Origin: Selaginella moellendorffii
Taxonomy: Eukaryota; Plantae; Lycopodiophyta
DNA: 64,000 nt
Direction of reading: 5' to 3'
Assembly: GCF_000143415.4 (NCBI RefSeq)
Contig: NW_003314300.1
Location: 1,595,014 to 1,659,013, forward strand
Position numbers and translations under genes: made by a program. This document shows, piece after piece, positions 1 to 12,590 of this stretch. How positions within the stretch are numbered: position 1 is the first letter of the stretch; each line of letters starts with the position of its first letter. The notes below the pieces were generated by a model. It saw only the letters and a list, made by a program, of their open reading frames with translations, made no database searches and was not told the DNA's origin.

Positions 1-1486
1 TGCTTGGGTTTTAGATTGATGCAAACATGTTTTTCAATAGCTTTTATATTGATATGTTGAGAAGGATATTATAGATTATAACATGATTTTTATTTTGGCA
101 TTCATTGAAGTTGGTTTATATAAGACTTGTGATCCTAGTTATACAAGACTTTCTTATACACTTCTTTGAACTTTTAGTCCTTTAAGTTGAGAATTATATT
201 TATTGTTCTATTTGTTTACAATTGTCAAGGAAGGCATTTTGGCTCATTAGTTTTAATATTCAAGTTAGTTCTCACATTTAACAATCATTGGTGTGATTGA
301 CTATCATCTAAAATAGTTGATTGTCCTTATTAGATGTCTTGCTTGATTATTATTGATGTTGAATGATTTGCCGTTCTTCAAGATGATGGATTGATATTTA
401 ATGATGACTATGGATCTTTATTGAAGGAATCATCAATAATATTTCATGATAGTTAGTTCTTATTTAAAGGATTTTGGCTTTTTGTATTATCATATATTCT
501 TTATGGTTTTTTTTAAATTGTTAATGCTTACTTTAGCAACTTTTATTTCTTAGTATTATTGATTGAGATTTATTCAAATTAACTAGAGCGACAATTGACA
601 TGAACAAGTGTTTATTGGCCCTTGCAATATTCATTCTATTTTATGGATTATTGATAAGGTTGGTTCTGATAAATTGGGGTGTTATTTCTTTTAGATAATA
701 TATTTATGAGTATTCTTATTATTTAGTTGATAATACTTTGTGTTCTTTGAGCTATTTTTCATAAATTCTTTGGCATACTAAGTTTTATTTTCTTGATGAT
801 ATATTTGTTATTGAATATTTTTAGATGATTAATCCTATGACTTTAAACTATAGTGATATTGATGGTTCCTATATTGTATTGATTTATTAGATGATGACTT
901 AATTAGAATACTTTTGTGTTCTAATATAAACTAATAATTTGGTCTCTAAGATATCATTGTCGATAATTTTGATATTGTCCATCTATTGATCTTTAAGTTT
1001 AGACCAGTATACGCAGATTAGCTTTGGCATTTTATGTGCATAGTGAAATCTATATTTATGGGGTATTTACTATCAATTGGTAATGTGACCTGTCTCTTTC
1101 TCAAAATTCCTCATTTTGTTAAAAAGATATGATTTTATAAACAACTTTAACTATTTGTTTATAGTAGTCCCAATGAGTTTAGTTTATTTACTCAGGATAA
1201 TTAAGGCTTTTAGCTTCTCTTTTTATATTACCTATAGGTAAAGGAATATTGTCTTTTGTAAGTTGTGTGATAGGGTGGTTAAATCCATTAATCATTTCCT
1301 TATCAGTGATGGCCGAAAAATGTTGAGTTGTAGAGTATTTATATTAGACAGAAAGGTTGCCTATAATTCATTCATTTCTCACAAAGTTTAAACACCATAA
1401 TTTTTTTTTAGAATTATTTCCTTAGCAGTGGTCTAAATTAGAGTATGAATCAACAAGGATGTTAATCTTTCCTAAGGAGGGGAGAG
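1..1486 (+). mobile_element. Highly degenerate Ty3/Gypsy pol (integrase 3' end) remnant ending in a polypurine tract
   Basis: AT-rich, CpG-depleted, no ORFs. Translation near 1045-1110 (KSIFMGYLLSIGNVTCLFLKIP) resembles the integrase GPF/Y 'PRFVGPF..IGNVAYRLxLP' segment. PPT AAGGAGGGGAGAG at 1474-1486 is followed directly by TGTTGTA. Confidence 0.4.
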
Positions 1487-1957
1487 TGTTGTAAATGTGA
1501 TTGCAAGTATTAAAAGTTACATGTGAGTGAGTCTTTTCAAATATTTTTTCCTTACTACAATAATGGCAAGAGATTAGTATTGTTAATTCCCTTTTCAGTC
1601 TTTCTTATTCAAGTGTTAATAAGCATTTATACTTGGCTAGGCAAATATAAGGAATTCCTAAGTGTTTATTTAGCTAAGTATATTTGGCTTGGTTTATTAG
1701 TACTCTTTTATTCTATCTTGCACTACCTTGACAAGAACCCTCATAATATTAATTTTAGTCCCTCAATACTCATTAAGTGATAGCTTACTATGTTAACCAA
1801 GACACACTTGCTATCATGCCCAATGTGTTAGTTCTATTTGGTCCTATTAGCTATTTATAAAAAGTGTCTATATCTATTAGTAAGGCATATATATGGAATG
1901 TAAAAATTGTTCTAAACACGATGGTGTTGCTCTCATGTTTAAATTCATAATATAACA
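1487..1957 (+). repeat. Putative degenerate 3' LTR
   Basis: Starts TGTTGTA right after the PPT; TATAACA at 1951-1957 would be the imperfect inverted terminus. No partner LTR in the window. Confidence 0.3.
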
Positions 1958-2479
1958 CCATTTTATATTTAATAAGTTTTCATAATTGTCTCAAAGACTA
2001 ACTCCTATATCTAGGGTGAAAGCCCAAAGTATGTATTTTTGGTGTGTGTGTGTGGGGGAGGGGGAGTATGTGCGGCTATAGAGGGTTCTAAATATATAGT
2101 AGAGATAATGGGTAGATCAAGTAAAACCAATCAATTTGAGGCATAATTTATATTTTTACTTGTATACCTGTTCTTGTTCTATATCTAGCTTGGGTCTAAG
2201 CCTAAGTTCCATACTATACTAACTAGTGGAATATTCATATCCTTAAATTAGTTCACTAGTATGCTAAGATTGCCTTAAACTCCATTGGGCTTCATTTTAT
2301 GTGTTGGTTTTGGCATTGGGATGCTAATTACTTTAGAACTATTTTCATGTCATTCCATGTTTTAGTTCTTTCATTCCTTCACAAAGAGATAGATGGAGGT
2401 TTTGTAAAACTAGTGGCACTAGAGCAAGTGATGGCTTTGCATTGCTAGGCAGCTCAAAGCAACGAAAGCAACAATGGAC

Positions 2480-3095
2480 TCAAAGCTTGTAGCAATGTTA
2501 GGGCAAAGTAATTGGGACAAAGAGCTTACACAAAGATTTGCCATTCTTAAAGAGCAATTAAAGAGCAACTAAGTCATAGCGACGTGCTTGGTTGACTTCT
2601 ACTGCAAAGTTGGAAGTATGGTCTCGGCTTAACAAGTTTTCAACTTGATTTTGTCGAAAGATCTTGTGGTTTGGACAGCATTTATAGCTGGATACAATTG
2701 TCAAGGAGATACTACCCCCATGTTTAAAAGAGCTCACAGTATAGGAGATCTCAACCTTCATCTTGATAGGTTTACATTCCTCTCAATCATCAACACTTGC
2801 AACTATGCAAGGCTTATGAAACAAGGAAAGGAGTGCTTATATAATGGAGGATTTATCTTGGCAGTGAGCACTACTATAGAGTGGTTGATCTCTTAGGGTG
2901 AGTAATGAGACAATGATGGTGTTAGAATTCATGCCTCTAGAGTCGAGTTGTGTAACTTAGACTACCATTCTGAGTGTATGCAAGAAGTGGAAAAATGTGT
3001 AAGTTGGGAAGATTGCATATAACACTTTGGTGAAGATCGATAAGAGGAATAAAGTTGCATATATGCTTATAGCTAATCTATATGAAAATTAATAT
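2480..3095 (+). pseudogene. PLS-class PPR pseudogene fragment
   Basis: DLVVWTAFIAGYNCQG...DRFTFLSIINTCNYARLMKQG and downstream E-domain-like 'TILSVCKKW...AYMLIANLY' with stops and frameshifts. Confidence 0.7.
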
Positions 3096-4168
3096 TTGCA
3101 TATTTGCTGAAGGAACAAAAGTTGGCAGCTGTGATATAAAAAACACTAAAATAGTACTCCATTATAATGTGTGATGTTGTGATAAGATGAGAAGCTCCTA
3201 TTCAATACCTCAATTTTGATGATGGTGCTTCTTGTCCCACTTCTCCATAGATCACTCATGAATCATAATATTATAAAAGGAAAAGATTTATCTCATATAA
3301 TATAAATATTTACATAAAACCATTGCTAGATTTGTGGTGATGGGCATCAGTCTTACATAGAAGCTTGAGGTGTCATGCCCTATGTATACATGGCATATCC
3401 TATGACAAAAATATAATACACACAATCATATTTCAATTATTTATATAAAAATTTTAAAGTAATTATGTGCATAATTTAAATGCATCCAACTCAAAAAAAT
3501 ATATCCTTAAATGTGTAAATATATAATACTCCCATGTGCAAATGTGACATGAATAGTTCAAATTTTAATTCAAATTTGTACTAAAATGATTATTTTTAAT
3601 TCAGAATAATTTTTTTAATTTGAATGTCAAAAACCCTGATCTGGGGCTGGATATAATATATTTTTGAATTAATGTTCTAGATCTTTCAATGCTACTCATG
3701 AAAGGAGTACTTTCAATACCATAAATATTTGTATTGCAAAATTTTCATTTTTCTAAAATTCAATCAATGGCTAATAGAAGGAATTGGTACATAAAACAAT
3801 TGAATATCCTAGATTTATATATGTTATGTCTCTTGGTTAGTAGTGTACTATTTTGTATGGCTTGACTCATATCCTTTCTTTGATTTGAATCATTCAAATA
3901 AAATATTTTAGGAAGGCTAATTCCACTTAAACTAAGTGTTGATTAAAGAATATAAATATCTTCAGCAGAACTGGATTCCTTGCTAATATACTTCCCCAGC
4001 ATATACCATTATCACATCATTTTCGCAATTCCTACTAGGCTGAGCAAAAGTGGAAACCTGGATTTTCATCTTTATGTGGCTGGTTAGATTAAGAGGAAGT
4101 TTGTTGAAATTCAGAGCTTTTAAAAGTTATCACTTAACCTTGGAAGAATCACCAATTCAAGCATTAGT

Positions 4169-6327
4169 TCAAGAACTTGCTGGGCTTCCACCAGCAGCCA
4201 ACATTGCATTTATTAACAATGCCTTGTTCTTGTAATCCTTGGGGTTGAGCCCGTAGTCCTGCTTCGCCATCTTGTCCAATTCCTTTCGTGTCAGAGCTAG
4301 AAGTCCAACACCATCACCCTGCACTTCCGAGTAGCTGGTGTTCCATGTCCGGCTGCTTGTGATCTCAACTAGTACGCCGTAGTCCTCTGCAGCCAAGCCT
4401 GGAATTGCTTTGTCATCAAAGGGTTGCACATGTAACACGTACTCTGGAGTCCCCCAAACAGTGCCATTTTTGAGCTGCTTAATACTGGCGAGCTGGACAC
4501 TGCGGCTATATCCAGGCTGGGAGCTACACCCCACAAATGCGAAGTGAAGATTGATGTTCCCCAGATGCTTCTCTATGTCAGGAAACCAGAGCCGCAGAGA
4601 GGACAAGCTCATGAACTGGTTGGCAGACTTCCGATGCTCATCTACGTTGACAGTGTACTGCAGCGCAATGATATTCACTGCTCCCGTTTCATCCACCCAG
4701 ACGATCACAGCATCTACGTCTGGAAAGCTTAAATCTCTGGGTTTGAAGTAGTAGCCTGTGTTGACGGCCATCTTCTTGATGCTTTCGATGCTCCTCGATG
4801 GAATTTTGTCAAACTCTTGCACCGTGATGGTTCCGCAAGCAGCATGTATATCACTGCCGAGACGCAATCCCTTCCTCGCAACTACTGCAGCCAGAACATC
4901 TTCACAGAGCTGGCCAACAGTCGACCAGTTGATGCGGCCCTTATCTTGCAAAAGCCTGCTAGCATAAGCCATCCACGCCCCATCAGCGTAAGGTTTCACT
5001 GCTTCTTCCTTCTCACGTACCGCATTCAAGTAGATCCTCTTGATAAAGCTGGAGCAGTACTCCCCCGTGCTGGCGTCGAGAACGTAAGTCGGATCCAGAC
5101 GTGCCATATTTGCATCTGTTCTGCACGCACCTTGTACTTGTATCTTACTGGCCTTTTTCCGCACTTCATCAATCTCACTGTGTTGAGTAAAGGCCCGCAG
5201 AACGCAATCCCAATACTCGTCCTCGTCGTTCAACATAGCTATCACTTCATCGGTTGCTTTCGAAGCCAGCGTTCGACCAAAGTACAACCACGCCGGCACG
5301 CCTGGAAATGTGTTTGTTTCAGGGACCACCAAGTCTCCAAGAACAGTCTCGCAGCAGGTGGCCATAACATCAAGGAAAAGCGGGACGAATCCAGTGTAAA
5401 GTTCGATGCTGGAGCGACGGGCTGGAAGTTTACCAAGCAAGCAATTCCCAGCGAAGGTTGAGTACTCTTGCTGAAAAAAACATTCCAAGCGTAAAAACCG
5501 GGCACAAAATATTGGCAGCTTCTTACCTCGTCAAAGACAGCTTTCTGGCGTTTATAAGTGAACGATGGCAATTGATTCTTCCTGCTTAAAATACCTGCTT
5601 TCGGACTAGTGCACCAACAAATTCTTGTACCCGCGCTCAAAAGGACGCGCAGATCCTTCTTCGCTGCCGACTTTGCATCGTGGTCATACACTGGCGTCCC
5701 AAGGAAATCACTTGGATCAAGTGCCTCGCCTCCATCTATAAAGAAGTAAAACACTTCTGCTTTGTTCTTCTTGCGCTCCTTGATAAACCCAAGCGCCTCC
5801 TCCATCGACACGATGCTCGCGATGGCAGCTTCAGTCTCTTGCCAGCCGTCGACTTGCCTGATCTCGTCCACAAGATATGAGAAGAGAAGCGCGTTCTTGG
5901 TTGCCTCTACATGATCGATCAGGAACGTCTCTGCCCACAGAAAAACTGGCCGGTACTTCACACCCTCACGCAACTGGAGATGCATGCGCTTCTCTCGATT
6001 CTCCTCGTCGTCGGGAGTGTTGAGCCACTTGTAGAGAACACACGCCATGGCTCGAAAGTCGGATGACTTCCCAATGCCTTTGGGACCGAGAATCAAAACC
6101 TCACGACCAGAAATCCAGACGCCCAGGAGCTCAAACAGCGTATTCCCTCGACCCACGTAGTTGAGCGCCACCGGAGGCCTGCTAACCGGGTCTCCTATGC
6201 CTGGATATGGCAGGAGAGTGGACTTGCCTTTGATGAAGATATCGTCTTCATTCATGTCGAGGATGGTCTTCACCGCCTCCCTTGCTTCCTCTACCGTAAC
6301 ATAATCGCGGCTACGCTTGGCACACAT
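4169..6327 (-). CDS. P-loop NTPase + PD-(D/E)xK-like restriction-endonuclease-fold protein with C-terminal HEH/Rho_N-like motif (Crinkler/RHS 'CR' effector-like), ~700 aa, 2 exons (6327-5527, 5470-4169)
   Basis: A 56-nt GT-AG intron joins two long ORFs in frame. Walker A GPKGIGKS, Walker B FYFFIDGGE, 'CTSP' strand motif; YYFKPRDLSFPDVDAV...IIALQYTV...H nuclease-like motif; C-terminal LTRKELDKMAKQDYGL...NKALLINAM. The paralog at 10809 shares the intron position. Confidence 0.75.
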
Positions 6328-6519
6328 CTCAACCAAAAACCCTAAGAGACGCTTCACAAGTTCCAAGACACTCATTTTATGTGACACAAAATGTAACCCT
6401 CCATATTTTTAGGAATCGGAAATAGATTTATGACGTGATTGAAAGCAGAGAACGACTGAGAAGGTCAAGCTGGTCAAATCTTACCTTCAAAAAACTTACT
6501 AACTGAGATCCTGAGCCTT

Positions 6520-7744
6520 TCAACAAGCTTGCACAACCTGGAGCATTGCCAGACATCAACGACGACTACACAAAAAAAGCAAACCTGTACAGCATTGTTG
6601 AGGTACTGGGTCCGAATCGATTGCTTAAACACGGTCACCTGAATCCAATCTCTCGTAAGGCGAAAATATGTGACGTTGAATTCACCTTGGACAGGACGAT
6701 GACTGCTCCTGGCACAATGTCCCTGCCGAACTCAGTCTCGGCAAGCACTCTCTTGTGGACGGTTCCACCAATCGTGCCTGTCGGATCCTACTCCAGGAAC
6801 TTTGCTCAAATTATGTTTTCTTTCCATGACGACTGTACCTTGAGTGTCACAAAAGCGTCTCCGCATCCATTTGGAGTACACGATTGGATTATCGCAAGCA
6901 GCTGATCGAGAAAACCATGTAAACTACGGGGTAAAGAAGATGGTCGTCCAGATAATGGCAATATAGTTTACCTGGGGAATACGTTCGACACAAGAGGATG
7001 ACTTGATATGGCTGATTGTGGAATCACGGCGTGAGTACTTCACTGTCGTGGAAATCAAGTCATGAAAGAGAGAGAAGAAAGAAACAAGATGAGCTTACCC
7101 GGATCAATCTCGCCGATCTGACAGTAGCGAAGGGCCGCCAGCCACGCAGAACTTCTAAAGTCCGAGTGATCAAAAGGATTTTCTTTGCGCGAAACTTCGC
7201 AAGGCTCTGATCGTTTTATGCCCAGCTGCATGGCCCCGGCTGGTCCTGGAATCGTGTAAGCAAGCTTTTGTGACTTTGCTCCAAAAATCTCTGGAGCACC
7301 AAAGTCGTTTTCTAAGCTCCGTTGTGGAGGTTCTTCGTCGGCTCTTGCAGGACTGCTGGCAACGTTGAGAGTCCTTGGCACAGTCCAGTCCCGACTATCC
7401 TCCATGTCCAGGAAATCCAAGAACATCGGCTCCTCTGATGCGGTCTTGGCTTTCTTCTGGACGTTACCTTGATCGTTTTCTCGCAAAGATCGCTTGGCAC
7501 TCGTGCCTAAGATCCTTGCGCTCTCTCCAAGGCCGAAATCCCGGAAATCAGAGCGGCTCGAGCTTGGATTTTCTGGAGGAGGCGAGACTGCCCGATCGCT
7601 ACCCGCAAAACCCTGACGGAAATCTGGAGTTGTTGTTGGCTCTGGCGTGCCAGCTGCTGCGATCGATTCACTGACCTCTTCTCGATCGCCATTCTTGAGG
7701 AACTCGCCAAGATCGAAGTCTACCTCAAAATCTTCGAGATCCAT
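6520..7744 (-). CDS. HROB: HROB/MCM8IP (C17orf53, DUF4539)-like OB-fold protein, multi-exon; 3' end uncertain
   Basis: Spliced translation gives DFRSSAWLAAL...RIPQLLAIIQSCTPNGCGDAFVTLK|DPTGTIGGTVHKRVLAETEFGRDIVPGAVIVLSK|VTVFKQSIRTQYLN, the hallmark HROB OB-fold; GT-AG introns; ATG at 7744. Confidence 0.75.
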
Positions 7745-7913
7745 AAACCCTAACCCCCAAAAAAGATGCAAGAGAATATTCAGTTTTCAAAACGATTCCA
7801 GAGAATATCCACTTTATGATCCTGTCCATGTGTCATGCCACGTAGGCGAGGGCTAGAAAGGCGCTCTTTTTTCTCTTTTCTCGGGCGATAGTAGAATGCT
7901 GGCTTGATTGGCT
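7745..7913. promoter_or_regulatory. Short bidirectional promoter (HROB / DPE1) with telo-box and G-box-like site
   Basis: 169 bp between divergent ATGs; AAACCCTAA at 7745-7753; TGCCACGTAG near 7836. Confidence 0.5.
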
Positions 7914-10640
7914 ATGGCGGCTTCCATTCGATGCCCTAGTTTCAATCCGTCCACAGCTCTTCGCCTGGAAGAATCGTCGGCATCGTCATCCGTGGTCGCG
8001 GCGCCATCGGCCACAGCAATCCAGGTGAGATTTCGCCGGATCCGTCCAGCAGCAGCGGCATTGAGCAGCATTTCTTGTTGCGATCCGGGGAGGTGTAGCT
8101 GTAGGGTTTATAGCGCTTTGCCAGGTTTTTCACATAGGGAATGGATCTCTAGAAAGGATTTCACGCATTGGAGCAGCAGACCGTCGAGAAGGAGAATGGC
8201 TTCCAGTGCTCTATCGCCGGGGGATGATTTGCCAGACGAGTATGAGAAGGATGATCCTTCAAAGAAGGCCATGCCCAGAAGAGCTGGGATTATTTTGCAT
8301 CCTACTTCATTGCCTGGACCCCATGGGATTGGAGACCTTGGTCCAGACGCTTTTAGATTTCTCGATTGGCTCGAGTCTACTGGATGTCGCATTTGGCAGG
8401 TATTCTAGCTCTTTGTTTCGTTTGTCTTTGAATCATTCACTTATAGGAACTCAAGTTTGTGTTCTCGTAGGTTCTGCCATTGGTACCTCCTGGGAGAAAA
8501 GCCGGAGAGGATGGATCGCCTTACGCTGGACAAGTAAGCGGCGTTTTTCTTTCATCCGAGATCTTATGTTTTGCGATTGACAGGATGCTAACTGCGGGAA
8601 TACTCTTCTGATCTCGCTGACTGAACTCGTCAAAGATGGTCTTCTGGAAGAAGAAGATATTCCTGAGGCTATGTAAGCTGGCTTCTTTTCTTCCTTCGGA
8701 AATGACTTGTTGCTTACAGACCTGTCGAGAAAATTAACTATGAAGCTGTAGCCGAGCTCAAGGATCCATTGATCCAAAAGGTCTGCCAGTTTCGTTTGCA
8801 TCACCGCTTTATTCTTTCCCGTTGTTTCATAGGCTGCAAAGAATTTGGTGCAAAATGGAGGTTCTTTGAAGAAGGATCTCGAAACTTTTCGAAAGAGCCC
8901 CCAAATTGCATGTAAGTCCATGTTGTGCTTTTTAATGGATGCTCTAATCATGCACCAAATGTAGCCTGGCTGGAAGAAGCTGCTTTATTTGCAGCTATAG
9001 ATTCACATCTCGATGACGGAGCCTGGTGGCTATGGCCAGAGCCTCTACGAGATAGAAACCCTTCGGCACTAGATAAAGCTCGGAAAGAGCATAAAGACTT
9101 TGTAAGAACAAAGTGCTAGTTGTTCTAGTTCTAACTCGTTCTATTACAGATTGACGTTTTTATTGCGCAACAATTTTTGTTTCAAAAGCAGTGGCAAGCT
9201 TTGCATACGTACGCAAATGAAAGAGGAATCAAGATTATTGGCGACATGCCGATTTACGTAGGAGGTCATAGTGCTGATGTTTGGGTCCATCGGACACAGT
9301 TTATGATGGTACGCTTCCATTTTCTTTTTCAAATACAAGGAAGAACTCAATATCTCGCAGGACGAAAAAACATGCGAACCCGTTCTAGTTAGCGGTGTTC
9401 CACCTGACTGTTTTAGTGAAACTGGCCAGCTATGGGGAAGGTGAGAGCTCCAAATATTTAAGTTGCACTTGCTTACCTTGTCTTTCAGTAATTTTCCAGC
9501 CCTTTATACAACTGGAAAGCGATGGCAAAAGATGGCTACAAGTGGTGGGCCTCAAGAATGAGGCGTGCTTTTGAGCTTTATGACGAGTTTCGAATCGATC
9601 ACTTCCGTGGGCTTGCAGGATATTGGGCAGTTCCTGCTGGTATGTCCAAAACAACACTGCATATCAAGATATTTGCTGACATTCTTACGTTGCGTAACAG
9701 ATGCTGAAACAGCAATTGATGGTCGCTGGAAAGTAAGCTTTATGAGTCTGCATGATGATAGTACCTAAAATCGAATTGCAGATGGGACCAAGAGTCGAGT
9801 TTTTCAACGCTATAAAGAAAGCCGTGGGGAAAAAGATTGACATCATTGCCGAAGACCTGGTAAGGACATCCTTTTGAAAGCAAACTAGCGCTCATGCTAT
9901 GCGCAGGGGATCATAACCACGGACGTTGTGGAGCTTAGAAAGGCGATTGAAGCGCCGGGCATGGTTGTGCTACACTTCGGTATGGTTCCAGCGTTATACT
10001 TATTCTTTCACTCTAATGTATCCAATGCAGCCTTTGGGAACAACCCAACGAATCCTCACATATTGCACAACCACGAGGTAGACCAAGTTGTTTACCCGGG
10101 AACGCACGACAATGACACAGTAATTAACTCTTAACTCTGGATGCTTGTTTTGCCGACTAATCCATGTCTTTTAGAGTGTTGGATGGTGGTCTAAAGCGAG
10201 CGAAGAAGACAAGGAAAAGGTGTGCTTTTAATTTTCGTGAACGCAGTGGTTTTCTAACAAGTTTAACGTGCCTACAGGCAAGAAGTTACTTGCGCCTGGA
10301 AGACGAGGACGCCGTCTCCTGGGAGCTCATGAGGGCGGCATTCTCGTCCGTGGCACGCACGGCAATCATCCCAATGCAAGACGTCTTGAGCCTCGACAGC
10401 GATGCTCGGATGAACACACCGGCGGTGAAGGTAAGTACCAACACAGCGTGGTATCTTCGTTGCAAGCAGTACGCTGACGAGCTCTTCTACTTTGGCTAGT
10501 CTGGGAACTGGGCATGGAGGATCGGCGAGAGCTCCATCTTTGACGAGCTCACAGAAGAAGGCGAGAGAATCAGAGGACTTCTTCACGAGTACAACCGGTT
10601 GCCGCGCTCGGAAGAAGAGCATCGTTTGATTGAAAAATAA
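7914..10640 (+). CDS. DPE1: Plastid 4-alpha-glucanotransferase (disproportionating enzyme, GH77), many short exons
   Basis: Transit-peptide-like N-terminus; RRAGIILHPTSLPGPHGIGDLG, IIGDMPIYVGGHSADVW, SGVPPDCFSETGQLWG, FRIDHFRG, IIAEDL, YPGTHDNDT, RMNTPA, GNWAWRI; stop TAA 10638-10640. Confidence 0.95.
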
Positions 10641-10808
10641 GTTTTTGGTCGTTGGGCCGTTGACCGTTGAACAGGCATTGACCGGTCATAGTTTTTGACC
10701 ATTTAATGATTCAGAGAATTGGCGCGAACTCTTTGAATTTAGGCCGTTGGATGTAGGGTTTAGGGTTCTTGGTGTCTTTAGGGTTTTTTAGGTATTGTAG
10801 GTGCTTGG

Positions 10809-12590
10809 ATGGGTACCAAGCGCGAATATGTTACGCTAGAGGAAGCAAGGGAGGCGGTGAGGACCATCCTCGACATGAATGAAGACGATGTCTTCATCAA
10901 AGGAAAGTCCACTCTCCTGCCATATCCAGGCATAGGAGAGCCGGTTAGCAGGCCTCCGGTGGAGCTCAACTACGTGGGTCGAGGGAACACGCTGTTTGAG
11001 CTCCTGGGCACCTGGATTTCTGGGCGTGAGGTTTTGATCGTCGGTCCCAAGGGCATTGGGAAGTCATCCGACTTTAGAGCCATGGCGTGTGTTCTCTACA
11101 AGTGGCTCAACACTCCCGACGACGAGGAGAACCGAGAGAAGCGCATGCATCTCCAGTTGCGTGAGGGTGTGAAGTACCGGCCGGTTTTCCTGTGGGCAGA
11201 GACGTTCCTGATCGATCAGGTGGAGGCAACCAAGAACGCGCTCCTCTTCTCATATCTTGTGGACGAGATCAGGCAAGTCGACGGCTGGGAAGAGACTGAG
11301 GCTGCCATCGCGAGCATCGTGTCGATGGAGGAGGCGCTTGGGTTTATCAAGGAGCGCAAGAAGAACAGAGCAGAAGTGTTTTACTTCTTTATAGACAGAG
11401 GCGAGGCACTTGATCCAAGTGATTTCCTTGGGAAGCCAGTGTATGACCACGACGCAAAGTTGGCAGCGAAGAAGGATCTGCGCGTCCTTCTGAGCGCGGG
11501 TACAAGAATTTGTTGGTGCACTAGTCCGAAAGCTGGTATTTTAAGCAGGAAGAATCAATTGCCATCGTTCACTTATAAACGCCAGAGAGCTGTCTTTGAC
11601 GAGGTAAGAAGCTGCCAATATTTTGTTCATGGCTTTCATGCCTGAAAGCTTTGTTTCAGGAAGAGTATTCCACCTTCTCTGGGAATTGCGTGCTTGGTAA
11701 ACTTCCAGCTCGTCGTTCCAGCATCGAATACTACACTGGACTCGTCCCGCTTTTCCTTGATGCTATGTCCGCCTGCTGCGAGACTGTTCTTCGAGACTTG
11801 GCGCTCGCGGAAACTGACACACTTGAAGGCATGCCGTCGTGGATGCAATATGGTCGAAGGAAGACATTACAAGCAACCAATGAAATGATAGCCATGCTGA
11901 ACGACGAAGATGAGTATTGGGATCGCGTTCTGCGGGCGTTTGCTCAACACAGTGAGATTGATGAGGTGCGGAAAAGGGCCAGTAAGATACAAGTACAAGG
12001 TGCGTGCAGAACAGATGCAGATATGGCACGTCTGGACCCGACTTACGTTCTCGACGCCAGCACGGGGGAGTACTGCTCCAGCTACATCAAGAGGATCTAC
12101 TTGAATGTAGTGTGCGAGAAAGAAGAGACGGTGAGGCCTTTGGATGGCTTATGCTAGAAGGATTGCGTCTCGGTGCAGGACTTTGACAGGGTTCCATTGA
12201 GGAGCATCGGAAACATCAAGAAGATGAAGGTCAGCACAGGCTATTACTTCAGGCCCAGGGATGGAAGTTTTCCGGGTGGATGTGACGGGATCATAGCGCT
12301 GCATTACACGTAGATGAGCACCTCCTCAAGTCTGTCAACCAGTTCATGAGTATGCCATTGCTGCAGTACGACATAGAGAGGCATCTGAGAAGCATCAATC
12401 TTCACATCGCACTTGTGGGGTGTATCCCCGCTGGGATATTGCCAAGCATTTCATGAAGAAGTTCAAGAGAAGCTCAAGAATGACTACATGTTACATGTGC
12501 AACCCTTCAATGATAAGACATTTCCAGATGAGGACTATTGTGAGACTATTGTGTGATATCACATGGAGCATGAGCTATCTTGATGGATTT
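10809..12590 (+). pseudogene. Inverted paralog of the CR-like NTPase-nuclease gene; NTPase exon intact, nuclease half deleted/frameshifted
   Basis: Exon 1 (10809-11603) nearly identical in protein to 6327-5527; intron 11604-11659; frameshift and stop at 12157; remnants YYFRPRDGSFP and IIALHYT lack the DVDAV segment; Walker B changed to IDRGE. Confidence 0.8.
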
